NCBI GenBank assembly: GCA_965243025.1 | Contig: CBDETY010000003.1 | Span: 2,720,001-2,784,000 of the forward strand | Direction: 5' to 3' | Origin: Candidatus Latescibacterota bacterium | GTDB taxonomy: Bacteria > Latescibacterota > UBA2968 > UBA8231 | Length of the DNA: 64,000 nt | Shown: in pieces, positions 50,098 to 59,407 of the stretch | Layout: the number at the start of each line of letters is the position of its first letter | Numbering within the stretch: position 1 is the stretch's first letter | The notes under the pieces: model-generated | Seen by the model: the letters and a program-made list of their open reading frames with translations, nothing else | What the model was told of the DNA's origin: nothing | Databases searched by the model: none | Made by a program: the position numbers and the translations under genes

Positions 50098-51034
50098 AGG
50101 CGGCGCTCAGGCGGTCGGTGAGGTCGTCCCGCTCCTTCTGCCTCTTGTAAAGGTGTTCGACGACGCAGATGCGGTTGCCCTCCTCGCAGTGCCAGACGAG
50201 GGCGTCGAGGTGTTGGCGGGGGCGCGGGTTGAGCAGCGGCAGGGGCCGCAGCAGCTGGCGAAAGCGGCTGCGCGGCCGCCCCGTAACCCGCAGTCCCCGG
50301 TGATCTCCCACTTCGGTCCCGGCGATATCGAAGTTGAAATCGCGCAGCTGCTTGCGGAAGAAGTTGGGGTACCACTCCTGAAGGGTCGTGCCCTTGAGCA
50401 GCATCTGCGCCATGCTGAGGCGCTGCACCCGGCAGCTGTGGTTCTTCCTCTCGAAGGTCATCTGGATGTTGCCGGACTTGAGCTCGTGCTTCGAGAGATT
50501 GAAATCCTCGGGCACCCGGAAGGACATGCCGTAGACGCTCCAGTAGCGCTGCCCGTCGCCGCTGTGGCAGACGACGGAGCGGAAGACGAGGTCGGCGAGC
50601 TCTTCGAGGTTCTCGGTGAGCCGGGCGAGGACCCGCAGCAGGAGAATGCGCCCGCAGACAGGGCAGGCGCGCGCCAGGTTGTAGGCGAGGTAGTCGGCGC
50701 GCCAGGTGAAGGCCTCGTACTCCGAGCCCTCGAGCCAGCGCTTGTCGCGCAGGAACTTCGCCTGCCGGGTCACGGAGAACGGGGTGTCCATCTTCTCCGC
50801 CTTCTTCTCGAGCTTGTCGAGGTAACGCTCCACGAGGTCGGGGACCGGCAGTCTGCGCCCCCGCTCCGGGGTCTCCCGCCACTCGACCTCGGCGCGGACG
50901 ATCTCGGCGTCGTCGAGGCGGGCGTAGCCGCTCTTCGCGTCGCCGTCGACCTTGCCGAGGTTCCACTCGTCCGGAACGCGCAGGAAGATCCCCTGCCATC
51001 CGAAGTCCGCCCACTCGACTCCACGGTCAGCCAT
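50009..51034 (-). CDS. Hypothetical protein with internal duplication and Cys/His motifs
   Basis: Two halves: WQGIFLRVPDEW / VYGMSFRVPEDF, CPVCGRI / CEEGNRI, VVCH / YVCH; co-oriented in operon. Confidence 0.75.
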   Translation of the reverse strand: MADRGVEWADFGWQGIFLRVPDEWNLGKVDGDAKSGYARLDDAEIVRAEVEWRETPERGRRLPVPDLVERYLDKLEKKAEKMDTPFSVTRQAKFLRDKRWLEGSEYEAFTWRADYLAYNLARACPVCGRILLLRVLARLTENLEELADLVFRSVVCHSGDGQRYWSVYGMSFRVPEDFNLSKHELKSGNIQMTFERKNHSCRVQRLSMAQMLLKGTTLQEWYPNFFRKQLRDFNFDIAGTEVGDHRGLRVTGRPRSRFRQLLRPLPLLNPRPRQHLDALVWHCEEGNRICVVEHLYKRQKERDDLTDRLSAAYVCHPQETEADARGDAQLASGAKRPAQVG

Positions 51035-51055
51035 TGGCAACGCACATGTGGGGGA

Positions 51056-53476
51056 TCAGAAGATGAGTACCGAGACCGACTTCTGGATCAGGGCGATGGA
51101 GATCGAGGCCATGCCCATGAGCGCCATGCCGCAGGCGAACCCGACCGCCAGGACCGGCGCGTACAGGCGCCACTCCTTCTTGCCGTACTTGCCCCAGAAA
51201 TAGTAGCGGGCCAGCATGGCGCCGATGACCTCGGTGATCATCCAGTGCGGGATCGTGGTCAGGGCCCGGACGTACCCGAAGACCAGCAGGATCGGCAGCC
51301 CGAACATCGACAGCAGGATGTAGCTCCCCAGGCCGACGACGGCGCCGGCGGCGATGATGTTCGGCTTGATGGCCCGGAACAGCCAGGGCTCGTCGGTGGT
51401 GCGCTGGATCCACGGACTCGAGAAGTTCGGGTCGGTGTCGAGGGCGAAATAGTACTGCCAGCCTTCGGGAAGCGGTTCGGAACGGACCACCATCTCCGGT
51501 CTCGGAATGCGGATGATGCCGACGTCGGCTGTCGGCGCGATCGGCGTCACCCCCGGTCCGGTCAGGGCGACCGCGGCCGCCCCCGGGTCGGGCACCGGCT
51601 TCATGGCGCCTGGGGGATGCTCGGGAATCAGCTCCGGCTCGCCCTCGTCGAAGTGGGTGAAGAAGGCCCGCTTCTCCGACCAGGGGCCGGCCTGCCCCTG
51701 CTTGCCCTTCGACTCGAGCCAGTCGGGGTCGACGGCCCGCACCCGCCAGTACCACCACTCCCCCTCGACCAGGTTCGCCGGCTTCCAGGTCGCCTCGGAG
51801 CGGTCGGGCATGTACTCCATTTCGCTGCGCAGAGTCCCGGTGAACCACAGGCAGGTCTGCAGGGCCTGCAGCCTCCACATCACCTGGGCGTACGGGTACG
51901 ACGCCGACGGAATCGGGGCCAGCTTCCAGACGTAGGAGGAGTACAGGAAGGTGGTGAACAGCACGATCGGCACCATGAAGACCTCGGCCTTGATGATGCT
52001 GGTGAAGCGGGTTCCGGTCAGCTCGATCTCGCGGAACTTCTGACACTGGTTGCCGTAGTTCCCCAGGGGAAACGGGATGAACCAGATGTCGACCCCCTGG
52101 TACCCGGACATGATGATGGTGGCCTCGCGCACGAACGGAATGTCGACGCTCTGTCCCACCATGCCGTAGAGGCGGGCGTTGATGAACGACTGCAGCGGGG
52201 TGAAGACGAAGCCGAAGAACAGGAAGAACCAGATGAAGCTCTTGACCGCCGGCAGCAGGAAGAGAGCGATAAGTATCAGGCCGCTCGTCGCCATCGCGTA
52301 CAGCCCCAGCGCCGTCCACAGGGGGAAATCCCCCCTGCCCTTGGGCACCTCCCAGCTTCTCCTGACCTCCCCGGGCCGGTCCGCCGCAGAGCGGGCGCGT
52401 AGCAGGGCCTGGACGACCTGGTAGATGCCGATGACGGCGATCGCCAGGGTCGTGCCTATGCCGAAGCTCATCCAGAAGTCGACGCTGTTGACGAAGAAGG
52501 TCTCGATCGCCCCCATCCCCGGCTGCCAGATATCGAGATATCCGTACTTGTAGAGGAAGGGGTTGGCGATCGAGTGCGCTACGACCCCGAGGAAGGTCCC
52601 CATCACCCCCCAGAACGGGACTACCAGCCCGGCGAAGATCGGTCCGAGATGGGCGGTGAACCCCAGCGGCGTCGCCGGGATGAAGTTGCCGGTGACCTGG
52701 GTGAAGTCGACGAAGGGGATCGGGATCAGCTGGATCGGTTCGGTCAGCAGGGCCCCGGTGATCGCCGGGATGGCGACGTAGAGGGTGCCGAAGACGAGTC
52801 CGATCATCGCCCCCGCGGAAAACACCCGCCAGCGCCAGGACTCGACTCCCTGGGTGGTCTCGGCCAGGGCCGTGGCCCCCTGGGCCGCCACCGGGGCGAA
52901 GGGAAAGGGCAGGCGCTCGTAGTCGGAGTTGACGCGGAAGAGGGCGTAGGCCGCGGTGAACCAGGAGACGCGGGCGATCACCACCCCGGCCACCAGCAGC
53001 ACGATCGGCAGCAGCCAGTCGGAGTGCAGGAAGGTCCGCTGCAGCAGGGCGGCCGATTCGAGGGGCGGCGCGAACCATTCGGGAATCAGGTTGGCGATGC
53101 CGAACTGCTTGGCCGCCGGGGACTGGCGCAGGTACTGGTTCCACAGCAGGCCCTGGAAGGAGCCGGTCTCGGCGGCGATCAGCCCGGCCGCGACGTAGTA
53201 GAGGACGTAGACTTCCTGCTTCCTCAGCGACGTGAAGGAGCGCTTGGTGATCTCGGCGAACAGGATGATCGTCACCCACTCCGCCGCGGCGCCGAGATTG
53301 CCGCCGACCATCAGTCCCAGGTAGATGTTCCCCGGGATCATGATGAAGGAGACGAAGAGGACGCCGAGGATCGTCTTGGTCGTGAACCCCTCCTCGAAGG
53401 TCGAGGGGGTCTCGAGCAGATCCCGGTACTCTTCTATTTCCGCGTTGGGGTTCTTGTCTTTGCGAAACAGCCTCAC
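51056..53476 (-). CDS. OPT-like (oligopeptide transporter superfamily) polytopic membrane protein with soluble insert
   Basis: Many TMs; YLGLMVG, L.KQE, ERLPFPFAPV...A motifs; about 145-aa hydrophilic insert. Confidence 0.7.
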   Translation of the reverse strand: MRLFRKDKNPNAEIEEYRDLLETPSTFEEGFTTKTILGVLFVSFIMIPGNIYLGLMVGGNLGAAAEWVTIILFAEITKRSFTSLRKQEVYVLYYVAAGLIAAETGSFQGLLWNQYLRQSPAAKQFGIANLIPEWFAPPLESAALLQRTFLHSDWLLPIVLLVAGVVIARVSWFTAAYALFRVNSDYERLPFPFAPVAAQGATALAETTQGVESWRWRVFSAGAMIGLVFGTLYVAIPAITGALLTEPIQLIPIPFVDFTQVTGNFIPATPLGFTAHLGPIFAGLVVPFWGVMGTFLGVVAHSIANPFLYKYGYLDIWQPGMGAIETFFVNSVDFWMSFGIGTTLAIAVIGIYQVVQALLRARSAADRPGEVRRSWEVPKGRGDFPLWTALGLYAMATSGLILIALFLLPAVKSFIWFFLFFGFVFTPLQSFINARLYGMVGQSVDIPFVREATIIMSGYQGVDIWFIPFPLGNYGNQCQKFREIELTGTRFTSIIKAEVFMVPIVLFTTFLYSSYVWKLAPIPSASYPYAQVMWRLQALQTCLWFTGTLRSEMEYMPDRSEATWKPANLVEGEWWYWRVRAVDPDWLESKGKQGQAGPWSEKRAFFTHFDEGEPELIPEHPPGAMKPVPDPGAAAVALTGPGVTPIAPTADVGIIRIPRPEMVVRSEPLPEGWQYYFALDTDPNFSSPWIQRTTDEPWLFRAIKPNIIAAGAVVGLGSYILLSMFGLPILLVFGYVRALTTIPHWMITEVIGAMLARYYFWGKYGKKEWRLYAPVLAVGFACGMALMGMASISIALIQKSVSVLIF

Positions 53477-53518
53477 TTGAGGGTCCCTTTGCTCGCTCCG
53501 TACGCCTGCGGCGGTTCC

Positions 53519-56500
53519 TTACGCCGACACCTCGGTGCGCTCACCTGCGAGGATCTCGTCCCCCTGCTGGCGGTACGCGTCCTTGGCCTCGGCGTCGACG
53601 GTCCGCCAGATCAGGAACTGCTTGCGGATGACGTTCATGAAGCGCTGGTTGACCCGCCGCCAGGAGGCATCCTCGCCGCTGAGGCGGCGGATGTCCAGCG
53701 ATATCGAGTAGATGTTGTGCTCCGACTCCGGGTTTGCCCGGATGACGACGTGCTGGCTCACCCCGAGGTCGAACGGAGCCAGCCAGATGTTCATGTCGAT
53801 CGAGTAGCCCTCGCCGTGCTCCGAGTCGAACCGCTGCAGGGTCGCCCCGTCGGTGTAGAAGGTGCCGATCGACTCCTCGCTGTACGAGTCGAAGTAGCCG
53901 ATCAGGAAGACGCTGAGGCCGACGACGTCGTGCCCGCTGACCGTGAACGGGAACTCGAAATGCCACTCGTCTCCCGACGGGGGCGGCAGGCGCCACTTGC
54001 GGGTGACGTCGGGAACCGCCATCTGCGAGGCCTTGCGGGCCGGGTAGACCGTCGACAGCATGACCACGGCCATCACCAGGATGCAGGACATCACCGCCGA
54101 CAGCGACGAGTAGTTGAGGGTGAAGCCGGCGACCAGGTCGAACTTGATCAGCGTCGTCGCCGTGATCTGCCCGGCGAGGTACCCGGCGACCACCCCGAGG
54201 ACTGCGTAGACGCAGGACTCGGCCATGAACAGCCATGATATGTGGCCCGGTGCCAGTCCGACCGACGAGTAGACGCCGATCTCGCGGAAGCGCTCGTACA
54301 CGCTCCCCATCATCGTGTTCAGCACGATCAGGGCGGCGATCAGGATCGGGATGAACAGGTTGGCCATGCCCGAAAGGGAGGTCATGCCGAGGGAGCTGTA
54401 GATGGAGACGCGGATGTACTCTTCCCCCTCTTCCTGAACCCCGGCGAACAGGGTGACCGCCAGCCGCGACAGGAACTCCTCGATCTCGAGGCGCACCGGG
54501 GCGTCCTCGTCCTCGAAGCGGACCGCCACCGACTGCAGCGGGTTGCCGCTGCCGATGTTGCGCAGGGTGTGGTAGGGGACGATCAGGGTGTTGGCCGGCT
54601 CGAGGTGGACGAACGGCTTGATCACGACCTTGGCGTCCTCGAGGCCCTCCTTCTCCCGCTTCTCCTCCTCGGCCATCTCCTGCACCGCCTGGCCGCCGGT
54701 GACGGCGAAATCGGCGGGAGTCATCATCTCGTCGTCGAGGTCCTTCAGCTGTTTCATCTTCTTCGAGCTGATCACGCCGACGATGCGGAACTGATCGCCG
54801 AACACGCGGACCTCGACGGGCTCTCCGGCGTTCACCGCGGCCAGGTCGACGTCGAGCTTGTCCTGCGTCTCCCCGATCATGTCGTTGGGGATGATGCAGA
54901 CCTTCTCCTCCCCGGGCCGGAACCAGCGCCCCGCCATCACGGCGCGGTTTAGGCCGGTGATCTCGCTCTCCTGCGGGGTCAGGCCGAGCACCCCGAGGGC
55001 GTTATGCTCGCCGACGCCGCGCTTCATCTTGATGTGGGCCTTGGTCCTGTTGTCGTACCAGCTGCGCGGCGCCACCACGGCGCGGTCGCCGAAGTGGCTC
55101 AGGGCGTACTCGTACACCGACTCCTCGAGAGGGGTCCAGGCCTTGCTGCGGATCATGATCCCCTCGTAGAGGCCCTCGTTGTCGCGCTCGATCTGGTTGA
55201 AGCGCAGCGACGTCTGGATCGACGTGAAGGAGAGCACCGTGAAGGTCAGCAGCAGCAGGGTCGTGAACGTGAGAACGGTGCGCAGCTTGCGCCGCTTCAT
55301 GTTGGAGATGCCGAGCAGGAAGGCGGTCAGCGAGGCGCTGGAGCGGGACACGTCGGTGTCGTGAATCACCGCCACCTCGGTGCGCAACTTCTTCATCTGC
55401 TCGTTGAAGCGGCCCGATATCAGCCAGATGACGAGCACGGCCAGCGCCAGGATCACGAAGGCGAGCAGGATCACGAAGGGATTGGAGAGCCGGAAGGCCG
55501 GGTGCACCAGCGACAGGACGACCCAGATGACGATGAAGATGCTGCCGAATCCGAGGATCTGGTTCTTGATCGTCGCCGCGGTGATCAGCAGGCGCTCGGC
55601 GAAGTAGGCGCAGGGCAGGACCAGGGCCATGAAGAAGATGATGCCCCGGATGACGTCGTTCTGCGTCGACTTGACGTCGGGATAGGCGCGCGATTCCAGG
55701 CCGATGGCGGCGCGCGTGTACTTGACGAAGTCACCCCACTGCTTCGATGCCAGCGCCTGCTCCGCCTTTTCGAGCTCCGCCCCGGCGCGCTCGTGCAGGG
55801 CGTTGAGGCGCTGGTTTTCGATCGCGAAGCTCCTCAGCTCGCGCATGCGGGCCTCGTCGAGAGTCCACATGTCCCGGGCGGAGCGGTAGGAGGTGCGCGC
55901 GAAGGAGGTCCCCGGCTGGATGGCGAACCCCGCCCCGAGGGCGAGCTCCTTGTCGTCGGCCGACTCGGAGTTGAGCAGCAGGGAGCGGAACCCGAGGATG
56001 CTGGCGCCGAAGCCGAGCTTGATGATGGTTCCCGGGCGGGCGAACAGCACCCCGACCGCCTCGTCCCTCGCGGAGGGGCCCTCGCCGATGGTGTAGCCGT
56101 ACTCGACCGGCGTCGTGTTGGTCTCGTCGAAGACCGTCACCTGCGAAAGCTTGGTCAGGTAGCGCGGGTCGACGATGTCGAAGAAGTTGAACGACTCGCA
56201 CGGAAACAGCACCACCATCCACTGCTTGTCGCGCCAGTCCATGCTGATCTTCATCGGGTAGGACCCGTCCCCCTGCTCGCCGCGGTCCGGCGCGTAGGTG
56301 ACGCTGCCGGTGGCAGGGTCCATGAAGTACCCCTCGATCTGCACCGAGTTGACGCGAATGCGGTTGTCGAAGAAGGCGCCGTCGGCGTCGACCACCTCGA
56401 AGTGCTCGCCGCGCACCCCCTTGTAGGACTTCTTCTTGCCGTTGCGGACCGCGGCGACCGCCCCGGGCCGCGGCAGGTCGGGAACGATGCTGCGCCTCGG

Positions 56501-58300
56501 GAAAACCATCGTCCTGGCCTTCAGGGTGCGCATGGTGTCCTTCAGGCGCATCTTGAAGTCCGGGAACAGCTCCGGGTCCTCGAAAGCCATGTGGAACATC
56601 CCGGCCAGCGCCCTTATCTGGCGCGCCAGGTTCTCGTGGTTGATCTCGGAGGCGCGGTCGAGCGGGGTGTCGGCGAGAAAGCGGGCGTCGTTCACGGTGA
56701 CGAAGGCCAGGGCCGGCGTGCCGGTGTCGAGGACGAGCTCGCTGTTCACGGAGATCTCGCCGGGAACGAAAGTCTCCCAGCTCTTGCCCCCCTCCGGGCT
56801 GATGCCGTTGACGAGGATGTCGCGGTCGTCGTACCCCAACTCGCGGCTGAGGACGCGGGCGTACGACATGAAGTTCTTGCCGAAGGGAGCGAAGTAGCGC
56901 TTGTAGTAGAAGCTCGTGTTGCTGTTCCAGACCCCGAGCTCGTCGGTCTGCGTCGACAGGTCGAGGCTGACGAACAGCTTGACGTCGAGGGAGTCGACCT
57001 TGGGATCGACCCATTCCTTGTAGAAGGCGAGCCTGAGGTCCTCGTCGTCGGCCAGTTCCTCCCCGAGCTTCTCCAGGCTGGAGAAGGATTCGTCGGCGAC
57101 TGCGAACCGGTCCCCTTCCCGCCGCACCACCTCATCCTCCTCAAGGGCGGCCTCGAGGACGGAACGGACCAGGATCGTATCGGTCTCGGCGATCTCCCGG
57201 ATCAGCCCTTCCTTGCCGTGGAACTCGAGATTCCCCAGCCGGTAGACCACCCCTTCCGACTCTATCAGGCCCCTGGCCAGCGCCGCCTCGACGACCCTGC
57301 GAACGACCATGCGGTCGATGAAGGGGTCCTCCTTGCGCAGGTAGCGCTGGATGAAATCGTCGACGCCGCGCAAGGCGAGATGGTGCGCCGACGTCGCCAG
57401 GAAGATCACCGTCCGCGAGGGCGGATTGTCGCGGAAATACCTGGCTAGCTCGAGCAGGGCGGAGATGCCCGCCGCCTGCTCGGCCCCGGGAGCGAGGGCC
57501 GGCACCACCGACATGGCGTCGTAGTACGCCTCGATGACGATGGTGTCCTCCTTGAGGAGCGGATCGTACCCGGGGATGGCCCCGAGGATGTTCCAGGCCG
57601 GCCGGCGCTCCCAGTCCATGCGGTACTCGAGGTGCACCGGCAGCGAGCCGCCCTCCTGCAGCCGCCCCCGCAGGTTTTCGGCGTCCTGCTTCGAGATCCA
57701 GAAGCGCGGCATGTCGAGCGGCATGGTGAGGAACTTCTTCTCACCCTCGAGATAGACCGTCGAGTCCGGCTCGGCGAACAGGATCGCCTCGGCGCCGAGG
57801 TAGGCGCAGTTCAGCCAGTTGTCGCCGGAGTTGAACTCGAGGAGGACGACCGATCCCTCGATGTCGGTACCCGAGAGCTCGGGAAACTCCCCGGTGCCGC
57901 CGTACACGAGGTGCGCGTCGATGCCGCCGTCGGGAAGGGTGGAGGTGCGCACGAGGTTGGGCCACAGACCGTGAATCGCGAACCGCCCCTCCTCGCCGGG
58001 AACCTCGAGGAATCCCCCCTTCTCCACCGGGATCGAGATGTCGTACTTCTGGAAGGAAATCCCGTCCAGCCCGATCTCGCGGAACTGGTGCTGGATGTAG
58101 AGGGCGGCGGATTCAGCGCCGGGATACCCGGCGACGCGGGAGCCGAGGCCGGAGAAATACCCGATGGTTTCTTCGAGTCGCTGCTTCGGGGCCAGCCGCT
58201 CGAGCGCCCTGAAATCGACTTCGGCGTAAAGGGGCGGGCTCGACCCCAGGATGGCGCTCCCCAGTAGAGCCGTGAGCGCGCTGGCGGGGCGTATTCTCAT
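53519..58300 (-). CDS. 1593-aa fusion: signal peptide, PA domain, non-canonical M28-like domain, MacB/FtsX-type permease
   Basis: SRVAGYPG, PA motif LVYGGTG..., NILGAIPG...LLELAR...RTVIFL; MKRRKLRT TM; LNTMMGSVYERFREIG..SSVGL FtsX motif. Confidence 0.8.
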   Translation of the reverse strand: MRIRPASALTALLGSAILGSSPPLYAEVDFRALERLAPKQRLEETIGYFSGLGSRVAGYPGAESAALYIQHQFREIGLDGISFQKYDISIPVEKGGFLEVPGEEGRFAIHGLWPNLVRTSTLPDGGIDAHLVYGGTGEFPELSGTDIEGSVVLLEFNSGDNWLNCAYLGAEAILFAEPDSTVYLEGEKKFLTMPLDMPRFWISKQDAENLRGRLQEGGSLPVHLEYRMDWERRPAWNILGAIPGYDPLLKEDTIVIEAYYDAMSVVPALAPGAEQAAGISALLELARYFRDNPPSRTVIFLATSAHHLALRGVDDFIQRYLRKEDPFIDRMVVRRVVEAALARGLIESEGVVYRLGNLEFHGKEGLIREIAETDTILVRSVLEAALEEDEVVRREGDRFAVADESFSSLEKLGEELADDEDLRLAFYKEWVDPKVDSLDVKLFVSLDLSTQTDELGVWNSNTSFYYKRYFAPFGKNFMSYARVLSRELGYDDRDILVNGISPEGGKSWETFVPGEISVNSELVLDTGTPALAFVTVNDARFLADTPLDRASEINHENLARQIRALAGMFHMAFEDPELFPDFKMRLKDTMRTLKARTMVFPRRSIVPDLPRPGAVAAVRNGKKKSYKGVRGEHFEVVDADGAFFDNRIRVNSVQIEGYFMDPATGSVTYAPDRGEQGDGSYPMKISMDWRDKQWMVVLFPCESFNFFDIVDPRYLTKLSQVTVFDETNTTPVEYGYTIGEGPSARDEAVGVLFARPGTIIKLGFGASILGFRSLLLNSESADDKELALGAGFAIQPGTSFARTSYRSARDMWTLDEARMRELRSFAIENQRLNALHERAGAELEKAEQALASKQWGDFVKYTRAAIGLESRAYPDVKSTQNDVIRGIIFFMALVLPCAYFAERLLITAATIKNQILGFGSIFIVIWVVLSLVHPAFRLSNPFVILLAFVILALAVLVIWLISGRFNEQMKKLRTEVAVIHDTDVSRSSASLTAFLLGISNMKRRKLRTVLTFTTLLLLTFTVLSFTSIQTSLRFNQIERDNEGLYEGIMIRSKAWTPLEESVYEYALSHFGDRAVVAPRSWYDNRTKAHIKMKRGVGEHNALGVLGLTPQESEITGLNRAVMAGRWFRPGEEKVCIIPNDMIGETQDKLDVDLAAVNAGEPVEVRVFGDQFRIVGVISSKKMKQLKDLDDEMMTPADFAVTGGQAVQEMAEEEKREKEGLEDAKVVIKPFVHLEPANTLIVPYHTLRNIGSGNPLQSVAVRFEDEDAPVRLEIEEFLSRLAVTLFAGVQEEGEEYIRVSIYSSLGMTSLSGMANLFIPILIAALIVLNTMMGSVYERFREIGVYSSVGLAPGHISWLFMAESCVYAVLGVVAGYLAGQITATTLIKFDLVAGFTLNYSSLSAVMSCILVMAVVMLSTVYPARKASQMAVPDVTRKWRLPPPSGDEWHFEFPFTVSGHDVVGLSVFLIGYFDSYSEESIGTFYTDGATLQRFDSEHGEGYSIDMNIWLAPFDLGVSQHVVIRANPESEHNIYSISLDIRRLSGEDASWRRVNQRFMNVIRKQFLIWRTVDAEAKDAYRQQGDEILAGERTEVSA

Positions 58301-58488
58301 GCGCTTGGATGGATGGTTTGTCGGAGGCCTTGCGGAACGAACGCGGAAGTTGCCTGCGGAGCGTTGCCGATTGTTCGGTTCAAATGCCGTTCGGAATTCG
58401 GATTTTCAATGCCGGCTCAAGCGCACAAATAAAGGAGAATACGCTTTTCGGGCAATTGCCAACCCCCCCGGCAGGGTCTGCCGCGCCG

Positions 58489-59001
58489 TCAGCTCCGTTC
58501 GAGGCGCCGCAGCCGGGCGGCGCACCAGTGGGCGACCAGGCCGATCGCAAAGCCGCTGACCAGTCCCGTGAGCATGAAGAGGGGCAGGAAGGCGAGCAGG
58601 CCGGAGTGATTGAGGTAGACGCGGGCGATGAGCAGCTGGATCAGCTGATGGGTGACCGCTCCGAGAACGCTCAACCCGACCAGACTGAAAACACCCGGGG
58701 CCAGGCGGTGGGCCAGCGCCATGGCGGTCACGCTGGCGATTCCGGCTCCCCCGCCGATGGCGAAGGCCGGACTGCCGAAACCGCCGCTCACCAGGCCGCC
58801 GGCGGCGATCTTGACCACGGCGACCGCGATGGCGGGAAGCCCCCCGAAAAGCTCGAGGGCGACGACGACGGGAAGGTTCCCGAGTCCCAGCTTCATCCAC
58901 GGAAGGGGCCGGGGCGCCACCGCCTCCAGGAGGAAGAGGACCAGGCCGGCGCCGGCGAGCAGGCCGAGCCGGGTCAGCTGCCTTGCGGACATCGGCGGCA
59001 T
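58489..59001 (-). CDS. Gx transporter / heptaprenyl diphosphate synthase component I family membrane protein
   Basis: LE...P.PLPWMKLGLGNL, GLSVLGAVTH.L.Q. Confidence 0.8.
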   Translation of the reverse strand: MPPMSARQLTRLGLLAGAGLVLFLLEAVAPRPLPWMKLGLGNLPVVVALELFGGLPAIAVAVVKIAAGGLVSGGFGSPAFAIGGGAGIASVTAMALAHRLAPGVFSLVGLSVLGAVTHQLIQLLIARVYLNHSGLLAFLPLFMLTGLVSGFAIGLVAHWCAARLRRLERS

Positions 59002-59005
59002 CCGC

Positions 59006-59407
59006 TCAGCCGCTGAAGGCGTCTACGCCGCCGGGCCGCTTCGGGGAGCGCTCCCCGCGCAGGAGCAGGACCATCCCGTTCGGGACGCAGGCGGCGATCT
59101 CCCCGATACCCTCGATCCACCCGGCGAGGACGCAGATGCGGTTGCGGCACCCGGCTTCGGCGAAGCGGGCGGCCCCGTCGCGGACCTCGATCACCACTTC
59201 ACCGGTGCGGGCCCGCAGGACCTGCCTGCCGTTCCTGTCCAGCGGAAAAACCGCCACTTCCCTGCCCTCGACCTCGACCACGGCGACCGAAGCCGCGGCG
59301 GCCGGGGGCTGCCTCCAGGCCGCCAGCAAGGCTGCGGCGGCGACCGCCAGGATCAGGGCGGCGTCCCCGGGGGTAAGGATTCTCCTCAGTTCGAACCAGT
59401 CTCGCAT
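59006..59407 (-). CDS. NusG domain II-containing (DUF1312-like) membrane-anchored protein
   Basis: GD...I TM; C.NRICV..GWI...GE..ACVPN; ends GVDAFSG; ATG 59407. Confidence 0.82.
   Translation of the reverse strand: MRDWFELRRILTPGDAALILAVAAAALLAAWRQPPAAAASVAVVEVEGREVAVFPLDRNGRQVLRARTGEVVIEVRDGAARFAEAGCRNRICVLAGWIEGIGEIAACVPNGMVLLLRGERSPKRPGGVDAFSG

Noticed and set aside
58301-58488. Precursor peptide or sigma54 promoter upstream of the fusion gene
   Set aside because: No convincing short ORF with an RBS; TGGCA and TTGC spacing does not fit -24/-12
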